Shown one piece after another: positions 36,645 through 48,035 of a stretch of DNA of 64,000 nucleotides. Location of the stretch: the NCBI RefSeq assembly GCF_032191835.1, contig NC_083237.1, forward strand, positions 1,426,001-1,490,000. Direction: 5' to 3'. Under the pieces are notes generated by a model. The model ran no database searches. It saw only the letters and a program-made list of their open reading frames with translations, and had not been told where the DNA came from. Within the stretch, counting starts at the first letter, position 1, and every line of letters starts with the position of its first letter. The DNA is from Heteronotia binoei. Its lineage: Eukaryota. Position numbers and translations under genes: made by a program.

Positions 36645-39600
36645 TCAGCTGTCCCACTGGCGCAGCTTCCGGTACATCGAGAAGGTGGCTGTTGGATCTC
36701 GAGTGCGCAGCTTCCGTTCCAGGGGGGGCAGCCCCTCCACCTCTAGGAAAGGGGTCTCGGTGAACAGCTCTTCGGGGTGGTAGAAGGCCATCAGGTCTGG
36801 GCCCTCCAAGGCCGGCTCCTAGCAAGGGCAAAGGGAGTTTAGCATTTCTTGCAGGGCAGTTCTGCACCTCTATGTAAAGGGAGCAAGCAGAGAAGATGGG
36901 GTAGGGGGGGAAGACTATAGAATTTATCCCACTGTTCTTGTAACAGGTTCTCTGCAGCTTTCACCTACTCCCCAAGATGAAGACTGATCATAGGTGAAGC
37001 CGGGCTAGGCCTCAGTCGTGCTCTCCCCTGCTCACCTTCCTGGCTTCCAGCCGGGGCCCAGCAAGTGCCAGTTTCTCCTGCACGGCAGAGCTCAGCAATT
37101 CCTCTTCAGGCACCTGCAGGCTGACCAGTCCTCGGTAGAGCTGCTGTTCCCGAGGGATGTTCATGCCTGTGGGGTAAGAGTAAGCCAGGGAATGCTATGA
37201 GGAGGGTGGAAGCTGCGTATCCTACTCTACCTCTAGGACGAGGCCCCCCAACCCAGCGCCCAATAAGGGTTTTTTAGGAAGTGGCTGGGCCTAGAGGGAA
37301 TTTTGAACAACGGGGCTTCTGATTGGCTGTGCAAATTTGTGAAAAAATGTTCCTGACATCAGAACGCAGGGGTCTTTACTGCTGAAGGGAAGTGATATGT
37401 CTCCAAGAAAACATTTTAAAAATAATTGTGTCCATTTTAATTGGCAAACAGAGCTTCTGCCTGAAATGCTGAAGTTGTGAGTTGTGGATGCAGGTGGGTC
37501 GCCATGAGTCCCGTGGTGCCCTTAAGAGGAACAAAGTTTAATTCTGGAGATAGGTTTTGTGTGCATGCACATGGAGCTTATACCCAGAATTAAACTTTGT
37601 TCCTCTTAAAGGCGCCACTGGACTTAACCTTTGTTTGGCTGAGCACAGAAGAATAGATGCTTTTGAGCTGTGGTGCTGGAGAAGACTCTTGAGAGTCCCT
37701 TGGACTGCAAGAAACTCATCAGTCGGTCCGAAGGGAAATCAACCCAGACTGTTCCCTGGAAGGTCAGATGCTGAAGCTCAAATACTTTGGCCACCCAATG
37801 AGAAGGGAGCACTCCCTGGAGAAGACCCTGATGCCGGGAAAGACAGAAGGCAAAAGAGGGGGATGGGAAAAGATGAGATGGCTGGACAGCGTTACTGATG
37901 TCACAAACACGAATCTGAGCAGGATGGTGGAAGACAGGAGAGCCTGGCGTGACTTGGTCCATGGGGTCACAAAGAGTCGGACACGACTGTGCGACTGACC
38001 GACGACAAACGCATAGCTTCACTCCCTGACTTTTTGTGGTTCCACCCATCACCCTGTGTCAGAATTCCAAAGGTGCCCACAGGCTCAAAAAGGGTAGGGA
38101 CCCTCTTCTAGAAGGAACAGGGCAGGCAGAAGTAGTGGCACTGTCTTGCCAGCTGCTGGCACCAAAGCAAATGACACTAAAACCCAACTGCAAAATCAGT
38201 GAAGGGCAATCCTACTGCAATGATGAGGGTGGAAGGAGGTCTATTCTGTACAGTTCAGGGACAAAAGGTTGCCTTCAGTTTCCTCCCAGGTTTTCCTTGG
38301 CAGGAGATGGTGGTAAGAGTCCATTCGCTATTCCTGCCACCATCTTACACAGGATACCTTCGCACCTGGTTGCAGTGTTCACCTCCCTCAGTTTGTGTCA
38401 GTGGAAGAAGGAAGAGGTTCTCGGACCTCCCTCTGCTGTTGCGTCCCTGCTGCCCTTTCACCACTGCCGCCTCCTACAAAATTGTTGAGTTTCACTGTTC
38501 TTCTGGAAGCTGCCTTCCAGCAAGCGTGGAATTGTTTTCTGTAGGTCCAGAAGGCAGAACCAGAACCAAGGGGTTGAAATTAAATCAAAAGAATTTCCAG
38601 CTCAACATGAGGAAGAACCTCCTGACCATTAGAGCAGTTCCTCAGTGGAACAGGCTTCCTCCTCGGGAGGTGGTGGGCTCTCCTTCCTTGGAGAGTTTTA
38701 AACAGAGGCTAGATGGCCATCTGACAGCAATGCAGATCCTGTGAATTTAGGGGGAGGGGTTTGTGAGTTTCCTGCATGGCGCAGGGGGTTGGACTAGATG
38801 ACCCTGGAGGTCCCTTCCAACTCTATGATTTTATTAGGAAGAACTTCCTGACCATTAGAGCGGTTCCTCAGTGGAACAGGCTTCCTCCTCGGGAGGTGGT
38901 GGGCTCTCCTTCCTTGGAGAGTTTTAAGCAGAGGCTGGATGGCCCTCTGACAGCAATGCAGATCCTGTGAATTTAGGGGGAGGGGTTTGTGAGTTTCCTG
39001 CATGGCGCAGGGGGTTGGACTAGATGACCCTGGAGGTCCCTTCCAACTCTACGATTCTACATCTGGACAAGCCATCCACCCAGCTTGTTTTATTCTACTT
39101 CAGGACAACCTGCCTTTCTCTCCAACGTGGACCCACAAGCGTCTTATGTGCTCCATACAACTGGCCCAAAGTCCTGCTACAAGCTTCCACTGCACAGCAG
39201 CGATGCAAACCTCGGTTTCCCAGACCCCAGTCTGACCTCTGCACTGCCTCAAGTATAGCTGACTCGGCTGGCAGCCGCTTTCCAAAATCTCAAGCTGGGA
39301 AAGAAAATTGCACAGCACCGGGGGGGGGGGGGGGGGAGGTTTCAGTGGGGATGTGGGGGGTGGTTGCTTTGCACGCAAAAGGCCCTGCTCCGTGAGCCAC
39401 TACTGCCTGTCCCCCCCCCACCCCCCCAACATACCTTCACCTACTCGAGCTTCTACTGTGCAACGGGTGGGAAAGGAGCGCTGGAGGAGTTCGTGGGCAG
39501 CCTTCCGGGCATCGAAGGTCTGCTCCCAGGCTGTCTGCACCTCAGCCCCCAAGGCAAGGCTGCTGTGGACCACAGGGGTGCCTAGCGGATGGAGCTGCTC

Positions 39601-40859
39601 CACACACCCGTCTTCTGCCAGGCTGCCCTGGGGCTCTCTTGTCAGCAGGCTGGGGGCAGCACCCTGCGTCTCCTCCACTTGCCCTGGCCGCTCCACTCGC
39701 CCTCTTCCAACCACAGGAGAACTGGAGTCCAGCTGGAAACGAACCTAGGAGGGAACAGAAGTCGGCAGTGGAGAAGATTTCCTGACTGGGGCCGTGGGAG
39801 AGAAGAGTTTCCTGACTGCGCCCCAGACAATTTGGACCTGGCACTACAAGCCGTGGCTTAGACTGAGTAGATTGAAGCTCAATCCAGCGAAGACAGAGGT
39901 CCTTTGCTTGAGTCCTGGCGGTCTGGGAAGGGAAATTCCCCTACCGCCATTTGACGGTGCGCTACTGGCAATGGCGCACAAGGTCAAGAGCTTGGGGGTG
40001 CTACTGGAGCCTGCCTTGACAATGGAGGCAGATAGCAGCCACTGCTAAATCCGCGTTATTCCATCTGAGGCGAGCAATGCAGTTAGTCCCCTTCCTGGAG
40101 CACGGCAACCTGGCAACAGTGATCCATGCAACAGTCACCTCGAGGCTGGACTACTGCAATGCCCTCTACCTGGGGCTGCCCTTGTGCTGAACCCGGAAGC
40201 TGCAGCTAGTGCAGACCGTGGCCGCCCGGCTGTTATTGGGGCTCCCCAGGTGGGAGCACATTCGGCCGGGACTGCGAGAACTGCACTGGCTGCCAATAGT
40301 ATACCAGATTCGTTACAAGGTGCTGGTTATTACCTTTAAAGCCTTATATGGCCTAGGGCCTGCCTACCTTAGGGACTGTCTCTCCCCATGTGTTCCCAGA
40401 GAGTACTCAGATCGGGATCACAAAATCTATTAGTAATTTATTAGTAATCAACCAGAGACAGGGCCTTCTCAATCGTAGCCCCCTGCTGGCGGAACCAACT
40501 GCCCGATGAAGTGAGGGCCTTGCGAGTCTCAGTGCTGGCTGAATACTGCATTTGGGGCCCTCTGCCCATGCTCAGAGATACACTCTCATTTCCGTATTCT
40601 AGAACATGAGGGGGAGGGCCTGCCCTTAACGTTTTCAAGCACGCCCACCCCCGTCCCCGTTTGCACTCACCTGCCGGCGGGGGATGTTGCCTGGGCCACG
40701 GCGCCTAAGGATTCCCCCGCCAGCAACGCCCTCCCGGTCCGGGGTGAGCAGGACGTCGGGGTCCGGGGTGAGGGGCTGCAGCGGGGGTGCAGGCAGGGGG
40801 GCGGGCGCGGGGCAGGGCAGGCTGTCTTCGTCCCCGCGGCCCCTGGAGCCAGCAGCCAT
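36645..40859 (-). CDS. PPP1R35: Protein phosphatase 1 regulatory subunit 35 (centriole protein), 267 aa
   Basis: Exons 40859-40671 (MAAGS...PRRQ|gtgagt), 39744-39435 (VRF...HSSLALGAEVQ...FDARKAAHELLQRSF), 37166-37036 (GMNIPREQQLYRGLVSLQVPEEELLSSAVQEKLAL) and 36818-36645 (EPALEGPDL...EGLPPL...TFSMYRKLRQWDS*). The RQ|VRF RVxF-type motif spans intron 1. Total 804 nt, phases consistent, and position matches human synteny. Confidence 0.95.
37646..38010 (+). mobile_element. BovB (RTE clade) LINE 3' fragment
   Basis: RRIDAFELWCWRRLLRVPWTAR...LKLKYFGH...EKTLM.GK.EG..., ending with the ccatggggtcacaaagagtcggacacgact 3' motif. Confidence 0.9.
38545..39058 (+). mobile_element. Two tandem CR1 3' ends in PPP1R35 intron 2
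   Basis: Near-identical ~220-bp units translating to [28 protein letters not shown]. Confidence 0.9.
39800..40560 (+). mobile_element. L2-type LINE RT C-terminal fragment in PPP1R35 intron 1
   Basis: RLKLNPAKTEVL...VKSLGVLL...LDYCNALY...AARLL...HIRPGLRELHWLPI...KVLVITFKAL, frameshifted. Confidence 0.85.
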
Positions 40860-41199
40860 CTCCCCCTGCAAGAGAAGCGCGGGTCAGCTGCGCCGCCAGG
40901 GGGGGCTCTTGCCACCGCCAGCTTTGCTTTCCCCCACGGCGAGTGGAAAACGGTTTCCAGGCCCCCCATTACAAGTTTTGCAAGAAGAGGGTTTTTGCAA
41001 GCAGAGGCGGTCCAGGCAACCCGCGCCTCTGGCGGGTGGGGAGACAGTCCTGGGCCCTCCACCCCCCCCCGCACGCTCTCCACCCCCCACCCCTTGCCTC
41101 CAGCCCTCTCCCTGCAAATCCGGGGCCAGTTTGCAGCCTCTTCTCCCCCCTGCTGCATTTGCGCGCTCTTTCCCCCCTCCCCCACCGCAGCCCCATTTC

Positions 41200-41670
41200 C
41201 ATGGGGGGAGGACACCTCCCTTCGCACCTCGCCTATATCCGTCTTCGCAGCTCGTCTGAACCGAAGAGCCGTTGCGGGGAGAAAATCCGCCGCCTGGCCC
41301 GCCCCCAGCCTCGCTTTCAACCCAACATGGCGCCGGCCCTGCAAGTGCCCTATCTCGATGCCGAGAGAGGGGCTCCACCATAGACTGTCGGTGCCCAGAG
41401 CGGCCGTGGGTGGGACTCTGCGCCAGGGCGGGACTTCCCTTTTCACTGCCGGCTGATCCGCGTCGCTCTAGTCTTCCTAGAAATCTCTGTGTCTCGCCGC
41501 CCACAGAGACAGCCGGCCAATGGGGGCGCATCGTCGAACTGACGGCAGCGGGCGCCAAAGCGCTCTGCGAAGGAAAGGGAAGCATGCACGCATGCGCAAG
41601 AGAAAGAAACACGCTCTGAAGTTGCGGGTTCGAGTCCCGCTCTGGGCTCCCGTGTTTCAAAGGTAGTGCT
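41200..41670. promoter_or_regulatory. PPP1R35 promoter / non-coding first exon region (CpG island)
   Basis: GC-rich, with NRF1 ACGCATGCGCA ~41588 and GGGCGGG ~41427. A minus-strand donor (GAG|gtgcga ~41228) can pair with the acceptor ttctcttgcag at 40866, 6 nt before the ATG. Confidence 0.6.
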
Positions 41671-42170
41671 CAGAGCAGTGATTAAAAGGTGCTTAATCCC
41701 CGTTAATGATGCGGGCAAAATGAAGTTGCTGGAGCCAAAATACCGAGAGTCTCGTGCATTAAAGATAATAGTCTGTGTTGGAAAATCCCTGGAGACTTTG
41801 GGGGTGGATCCGGGAGAGGGCGGGGTTTGGGGAGGGGCCTCAGCATGGCACAATGCCGTAGAATCCACCCTCCAAAGCAGCTCTTTTCTCCAGTGGAGTT
41901 GATCTCTGCCAGCAGGAGATCTGTTGTAAAAGCAGGAGATCTCCAGACCCCACCTGGAAGTTGGCATCTCTCGTACAGGACTACTTTAGGTGACTCGCCA
42001 TGTTGGTCTGAAGCAACAGAACTCAGTCTGAGTCCATTGAAGACTGAGAAAGTTTAATGCTGGGCATAAACTTTTGTGTGGATGTGCAGATGTGTCTGGA
42101 GAAGTGTGCATACACACAAAAACTTATACCCAAAATTTAACTTTGTTGTCCTTGGGAGGTGTCCCTGGAG

Positions 42171-42674
42171 TAGGGTTGCCAATCCCCAGGTGGGGGCAGG
42201 GGATCCCCCAGTTTGGAGACCCTCCCCCCGCTTCAGGGCCGTCAGAAAGGGAGGCGGGGGAGGGAAATGTCTGCTGGGAACTCTATTATTCCCTATGGAG
42301 ATTTATTCCCATAGAAAATCATGGAGAATTGATCCGTGGGTATCTGGGGCTCTGGGGGGGCTGTTTTTTGGGGTAGAGGCACCAAATTTTCAGTATAGCA
42401 TCATTTGCCTCTCCCCAAAATATCCCCTAAGTTTCAAAAAGTTTGGACCAGGGGGTCCAATTCTATGAGCCCCAAAAAAGATGCCCCTATCCTTCATTAT
42501 TTCCTATGGAAGGAAGGAATTGAAAAGGTGTGCCGTCCCTTTAAATGTGATGGCCAGAACTCCCCTTGGAGTCAATTATGCTTGTCACAGCCTTGATCTT
42601 GGCTCCAACCCAATGTCTCCTGGCTCCGCCCCCAAAGTCCCCAGATATTTCTTGAACTGGACTTGGCAACCCTA
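42171..42674. mobile_element. Non-autonomous DNA transposon (MITE)
   Basis: TIRs tagggttgccaa / ttggcaacccta. Flanks ccctggag / ccctgggc are a 6/8 match (possible degenerate TSD). Confidence 0.75.
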
Positions 42675-44086
42675 CCCTGGGCTCAGACTTTGCTCTCACA
42701 TCTGTTTGTTAACTTTTTTATTTGCATGCTAATTTGCTGCTATTTGCAGGTCTTACCAATGCCTTTAATCCAATCTTAGCTGTACTTATTGCTCAGTTAT
42801 TTCTGTATCTTGACTCCAATTAGCCTTTCCTGGCAACTAACCCCCCTCACACAGTGGGGAGGGACAGTGGCTCAGTGGTAGAGCATCTGCTTGGGAAGCA
42901 GAAGGTCCCAGGTTCAATCCCTGGCATCTCCAAAAAAGGGTCCAGGCAAATAGGTGTGAAAAACCTCAGCGTGAGACCTTGGAGAGCCGCTGCCAGTCTG
43001 AGTAGACAATACTGACTTTGATGGACCAAGGGTCTGATTCAGTATAAGGCAGCTTCATATGTCCATATGTCCACACCTTCTCTCTACTGCCATGGAACAG
43101 TTGAGGAAATCTTGCTTCGCTGTCTCTGAAGCAGTGTGCTGGCACATGAAAGCTTCTACCCAGAATTAAACTTCGTTGGTCTTAAAGGTGCCTGACTGGT
43201 CTCAAAGCTTATACCTGAACTTCTTGTGGGTACGATTTGGTGCCCGGCATCACCAAAGCACGCATGGAGCCAGAGCCAAGGGTCTGCTGAGCTTCTTACT
43301 GGCTTCTTGGACCAGGTGAGGGGTCTTGCTCAGAACCTGCTGGGGTCATGCCGGTGACTGAAGCCAAGATGTGGAGCAAGCGAGCAGGGGTTCTGTTCTG
43401 AGCCTCAGCCCCCTTGAGAGTGGCGGGATGGAAAGCCCCTACTTGTGCATACTCTGGTGGGGCCCCCACCTCATGAATGGCCTGCGCCCTGACAAAGTGA
43501 GGAAGGCTTTCTGCAGACTATGCAAAAGAATGTGAGTCCAGTCAGGCACCTTTAAGACCAACAAAGGTTTATCCTGGGTATAAGTGCTGTTGTGCATGCA
43601 CATGAAAGCTTATACCCGGAATAAAATGTTGTTGGTCTTACAGGTGCCACTGGGCTCAAACTTTCTTCTGCTGCTTCGGGTCGACACGGCTGCCCGCCTG
43701 AATCTATGCAAAGCAGAATCATTCAAGGGGGCTCTTTGCACAAGTAAGTAGGACTGTACTGTAACAAAATGGTCAGAAAGTTGCATTGGAAAAAGGACAG
43801 GAACTGCTATTTTGCTTCCTGTCACTGTATGTCTGCTCCAGAGGAGGTAGTTTCCACACCTCAGGAACGTCTTAAGTTTAAACGGTCATGCTTTGTCTCA
43901 GCTCTGCCGGAGTTGTGTATGTGCTCAGATTTCCAACCCCTCGATACTGCTCATTGGATACCCCGCCGTGTTGATTGTACTTGACTTGTGCCATGTAATC
44001 TGCCTGGAGTCTCAATGAGAGAAAGGTGGATTATAAGTAACCGGATAATATAAATCCAAATAGACAGCCGTGTTGGTCTGAAGTAT

Positions 44087-44986
44087 AGGAGTCAATTGCA
44101 CCTTTAAGACCAACCTAGTTTTATTCAGAACGTAAGCTTTCGTGTGCATGCACACTTCTTCAGACGAGGAATGAGGTACAGTAAGCAGAACCACATATAG
44201 GTGGTGGGGTTTGGAATGCCCAGTGGTACAAAGTTAAAAGCCAATAGCAGAATAGTAAAATTAACAAATTCAGAAAACCTTTTATCTGGGTTGCCTTAGC
44301 ATGGGAAACCATAAAACAACAGCAACATGTCAGAATGTGAAAATGCCTGTTAATTATTCTATTGCTAATAAACCTGGGTCAAAAAGAAGGTATTTCTTTC
44401 CCAGAAGTTTTTCCTGTCCAACTAATTTACCTTTTAACAAGTAACATAAATAAATGGCAAACTAGAATGATGTATATATTTATGTTACATGTTAAAAGGT
44501 TGTCCTTGAAAGGGCAGCTGCTGTGAGAGCCCTCTCAGCCCCACCCACCTCACAGGGTGTCTGTCGTGGGGGGAGAAGATATGGGAGATTGTAAAGCGCT
44601 CTCTGATTCGGAGAGAAGGGCGGGGTATAAGTCTGTAATTCTTCTTCTTAAAAGGTAAATTAGTTGGACAGGAAAAACTTCTGGGAATGAAATACCTTCT
44701 TTTTGACCCAGGTTTATTAAAAATAGAATAATTAACAGGCATTCTGACATGTTACCGTTGGATGGTTTCCCACGCTAATTCAACCCAGATCAAAGGTTTT
44801 CTGAATTTGTTAATTTTACTATTCTGCTCTTGGTTTTTTACTTTGTGCCACTTGGCATTCCAAACCCCACCAGCTGTATGTGGCTCTCTTACTGTGCCTC
44901 ATTCCTCGTCTGAAGAAGTGTGCAGGCACGCGAAAGCTGACGTTCTGAATAAAACTGAGTTGGTCTTAAAGGTGAAATTGACTCCT
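44087..44986. repeat. Long inverted repeat (arms 44087-44437 and 44648-44986), probably Penelope-like termini
   Basis: The arms are reverse complements at roughly 90% identity by eye. The ~210-bp spacer contains a SINE fragment. Confidence 0.85.
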
Positions 44987-45469
44987 TTTTTGTTCGGATA
45001 ATATAACGCATGTGCCTTAAGTGAGGTCTTGTGGCTTGGCCTCCCAATTCCAAGGCTGTCCCAACAGCTGTTTTGTAACAACCATGAAGGGCTCAGGGTC
45101 TCCAATCGTGAAGCTGGCTGAGCCCGGAGCGCTGGCGTCTCGTTGGAACTGGGCTTCCACTTGTGCAAAATAGCTACAAAGAACGCCGGACGTGCAACTG
45201 CTGCATTTGGGTAGCAGCTCAATTTCTGCTAGGTGCTGGATGAGTGAGAATTTCCCCAGGGGAGAGTTTTGGCCTCAACCAGCGTAGCCTTCACATGTGG
45301 CCTTCATGTGCCATTGGTGTGAAAGAAATGTCTCTCACTAGCAGAAGCACAGCATGGCAGCCAGATGGCAGATCGATAAAGATAAGGGGAGGGTTGATTC
45401 CGAAGAAAATGCAGGCTTTGAGGATTTTCCCACAAGGCAGCCTGAAGAGTTACGACTCTGCTGAAAACC

Positions 45470-45790
45470 TGAATTCATAAACATGTGGAATTCCCTGCCA
45501 CAGGAAGTGGCGGCGGCTACAAGCATAGACAGCTTCAAGAGGGGGGCTGGATAAACATCTGGAGCAGAGGTTCATCAGTGGCTATGAGCCACGAAGTCTA
45601 GCTGGAACACTCTGTCTGGGGCTGTGATGCTCTGTAGTCTTGGTGCTTGGGGGGCCACAGTGGGAGGGCTTCTGGAGTTCTGGCCCTGCTGGTGGACCTC
45701 CTGATGGCCCTTGGGTTTCGCCCACTTTGTGACACAGAGGGCTGGCGTGGATGGGCCACTAGTCTGATCCAACATGGCTTCTCTTATGTT
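45470..45790 (+). mobile_element. CR1 3' end
   Basis: tggaattccctgccacaggaagtggcggcggctacaagcatagacagcttcaagagg...ttctcttatg. A further fragment lies at ~46045-46230. Confidence 0.85.
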
Positions 45791-47650
45791 TTTATTGATT
45801 TGTTTAGTAGGCTTATATTCCGCCCTTTCCCATAACGGGCTCAGGGTGGATTACAACAAAAAGTGAACAATAAAAACCTACAATTTAAACAATACGTTAG
45901 AACCCAAAGCGATAGAACGAAATAAAGTGCATCAGCAGGAAGGGCACATTTCACAAGATACTGCAGTTTTTGGCCCAAGAAAGTAATGGTATTAATAAAA
46001 TTCAGCACCATAACGAAGCTGTCAAGCATGACGTTCTTAAGAGCAAAGGTCCAACTGTGGCTATGAGCCACGAAGTCTAGCCGGAACACAGTCTTGGTGC
46101 TTGGGGGGCAGGAGTGGGAGGGCTTCTGATGGACCCCCTGAGGGCACCTGGATGTAGGCCCCTGTGTGACACAGAATGCTGAACTGGATGGGCCACTGGC
46201 TGGATCCAAGATGGCTTCTCTTATGTGCTTAGGAGGATAAAGTAGAGGAGATGAATGTCAGCCAGTGTGGGTCCCCAGTGTGGAGAAAGGTAGCGGCCAC
46301 GTGGTGCAGAGTGGTAAAGCAGCAATACTGCAGTCTGAGCTCCCTGCTCACAACCTGAGTTCAATTCCGGCGGAAGCTGGATTCAGGTAGCCGGCCTGAG
46401 GTTGACTCAGCCTTCTATCCTTCCGAGGTCGGTCAACGGAGTTCCCAGCTTGCTGGGGGAAAAGTGTAGATGGCTAGGGAAGGCAACGGCAAGCCACCCC
46501 GTCAAAAGTCTGCCGTTAAAACGTTGTGAAAGCAACGTCACCCCAGAGTCGGAAACGACTGGTGCTTGCACAGGGGACCTTTCCTTTCTTGTGGAGAAAG
46601 GTAGAGCATAAATGATGTAAATAAAATGAAGTAAACGCAGTGAAGATCACGTTGTAGGTCTGATCTTCCACAAGCCCCTGTCTAGAAGCCAGACTCCCCC
46701 AAGAGGGCTGGGAGTCCTGTGCCTCAACCCTCCTCTGTCTCCCCCCCCCCCTTCCTTTCTTGCCTGGCCAAAAGAAGGGAAGCCAGGCCAGTGACGGGGA
46801 ACACTCGTTTCTGACAGTCAGCACAATCCATTATTTTGCAGCCTGATGATCTGCCTTCCCGGCTCCTGCTCAGGAAATTCCTCCCGCGGCTGCCAGGCAT
46901 TCATCTGCCATGGTCTATTGTTCTGCACGGCTGCCATGGGGGAGGCCGGAGGGTGGCTCTGTTGACCTCGAGGTGGGTGGGTGGGCGAGAGCAGAGGAGG
47001 GAGAGCATCTCCGGGGGGTGGTGGGTCTTCTCTTGCGGGCGCTAGGTTGGGCCCTTGGGCAGTGCTGGTGGAGCTCCTCCTTGCTGGAGAGGCCAGAAAT
47101 CGAACCTGGGGCTTTCCACATGGAAGCTCCTTCTTGGGGGTAGTGCCCCGACTGTATCCCACCCGCACTATTGCCTCCACCCTTGGAAGAAAGATCTCTC
47201 ACGATCACTGCTGTTCTTTTCAGGCTTAATCTGAACCCAAACCTGGCCAATGCCAGGGCAACGCTTTTCAGATTCCCTGCTTTGGTTGTCCTCGCCACCT
47301 GCGGCTAGGTAGGCAGCGGCTCGAGGAAGGGCCTTCTCTGTCTTGGCACCGAAACTTTTGAAAGCTTTTCTGTTTTGTTTGCCATCCCCCCCAGTAACGG
47401 TGACTGGACCTCCTCCCGGGTTCTGACTTTATGTGGAATTATTTTGTCATTTTAAATGTTGTTTTTAATCATTCAGATGTTTTTAAAATTATGTTTGCTG
47501 CTTTGGAGACCCTGACTGGGTGGAAAAGGCAGCATAACAGTGTTTTGACTAAATAAAAATAAAGATCCAACCCCCAGAATGCATGAAGCGCTCCTAAAGA
47601 AGAGAGCAGGTGGAGCCATGGCTCAATAGTAGAGCCTCTGTCTGGCATTC

Positions 47651-48035
47651 AGAACATAAGAGAAGTCCTGTTGGATCAGGCCAGTGGCCCCTCCAGTCCA
47701 ACACTCTGTGTCACATAAGAACATAAGAGAAGCCCTGTTGGATCAGGCCAATGGCCCATCCAGTCCAGCACTCTGTGTCACATAAGAGAAGCCATGTTGG
47801 ATCATGCCAGTGGCCCATCCAGTCCAACACTCTGAGTCACAGAAGAACATAAGAGAAACCATGTTGAATCAGGCCAATGGCCCATCCAGTCCAGCACTCT
47901 GTGTCACATAAGAGAAGCCATGTTGGATCATGCCAGTGGCCCATCCAGTCCAACTCTCTGAGTCACAGAAGAACATAAGAGAAACCATGTTGAATCAGGC
48001 CAATGGCCCATCCAGTCCAACACTGTGTGTCACAC
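47651..48035 (-). repeat. Minisatellite of 6 copies of the CR1 3'-terminal unit (59/67 bp), followed by (GT)n/(CA)n and more CR1 3' UTR
   Basis: Same unit as 26184-26722. The last four copies alternate 59 and 67 bp. Confidence 0.92.

Noticed and set aside
39318-39337. Long G/C homopolymers as G-quadruplex elements (many in the window)
   Set aside because: Ubiquitous in this GC-rich region, and homopolymer length is error-prone; nothing specific can be supported.
46818-47180. ORF containing an RVxF-like KPQVRF motif
   Set aside because: The motif overlaps a degenerate SINE B-box fragment (aatcgaacctgggg) on the opposite strand.
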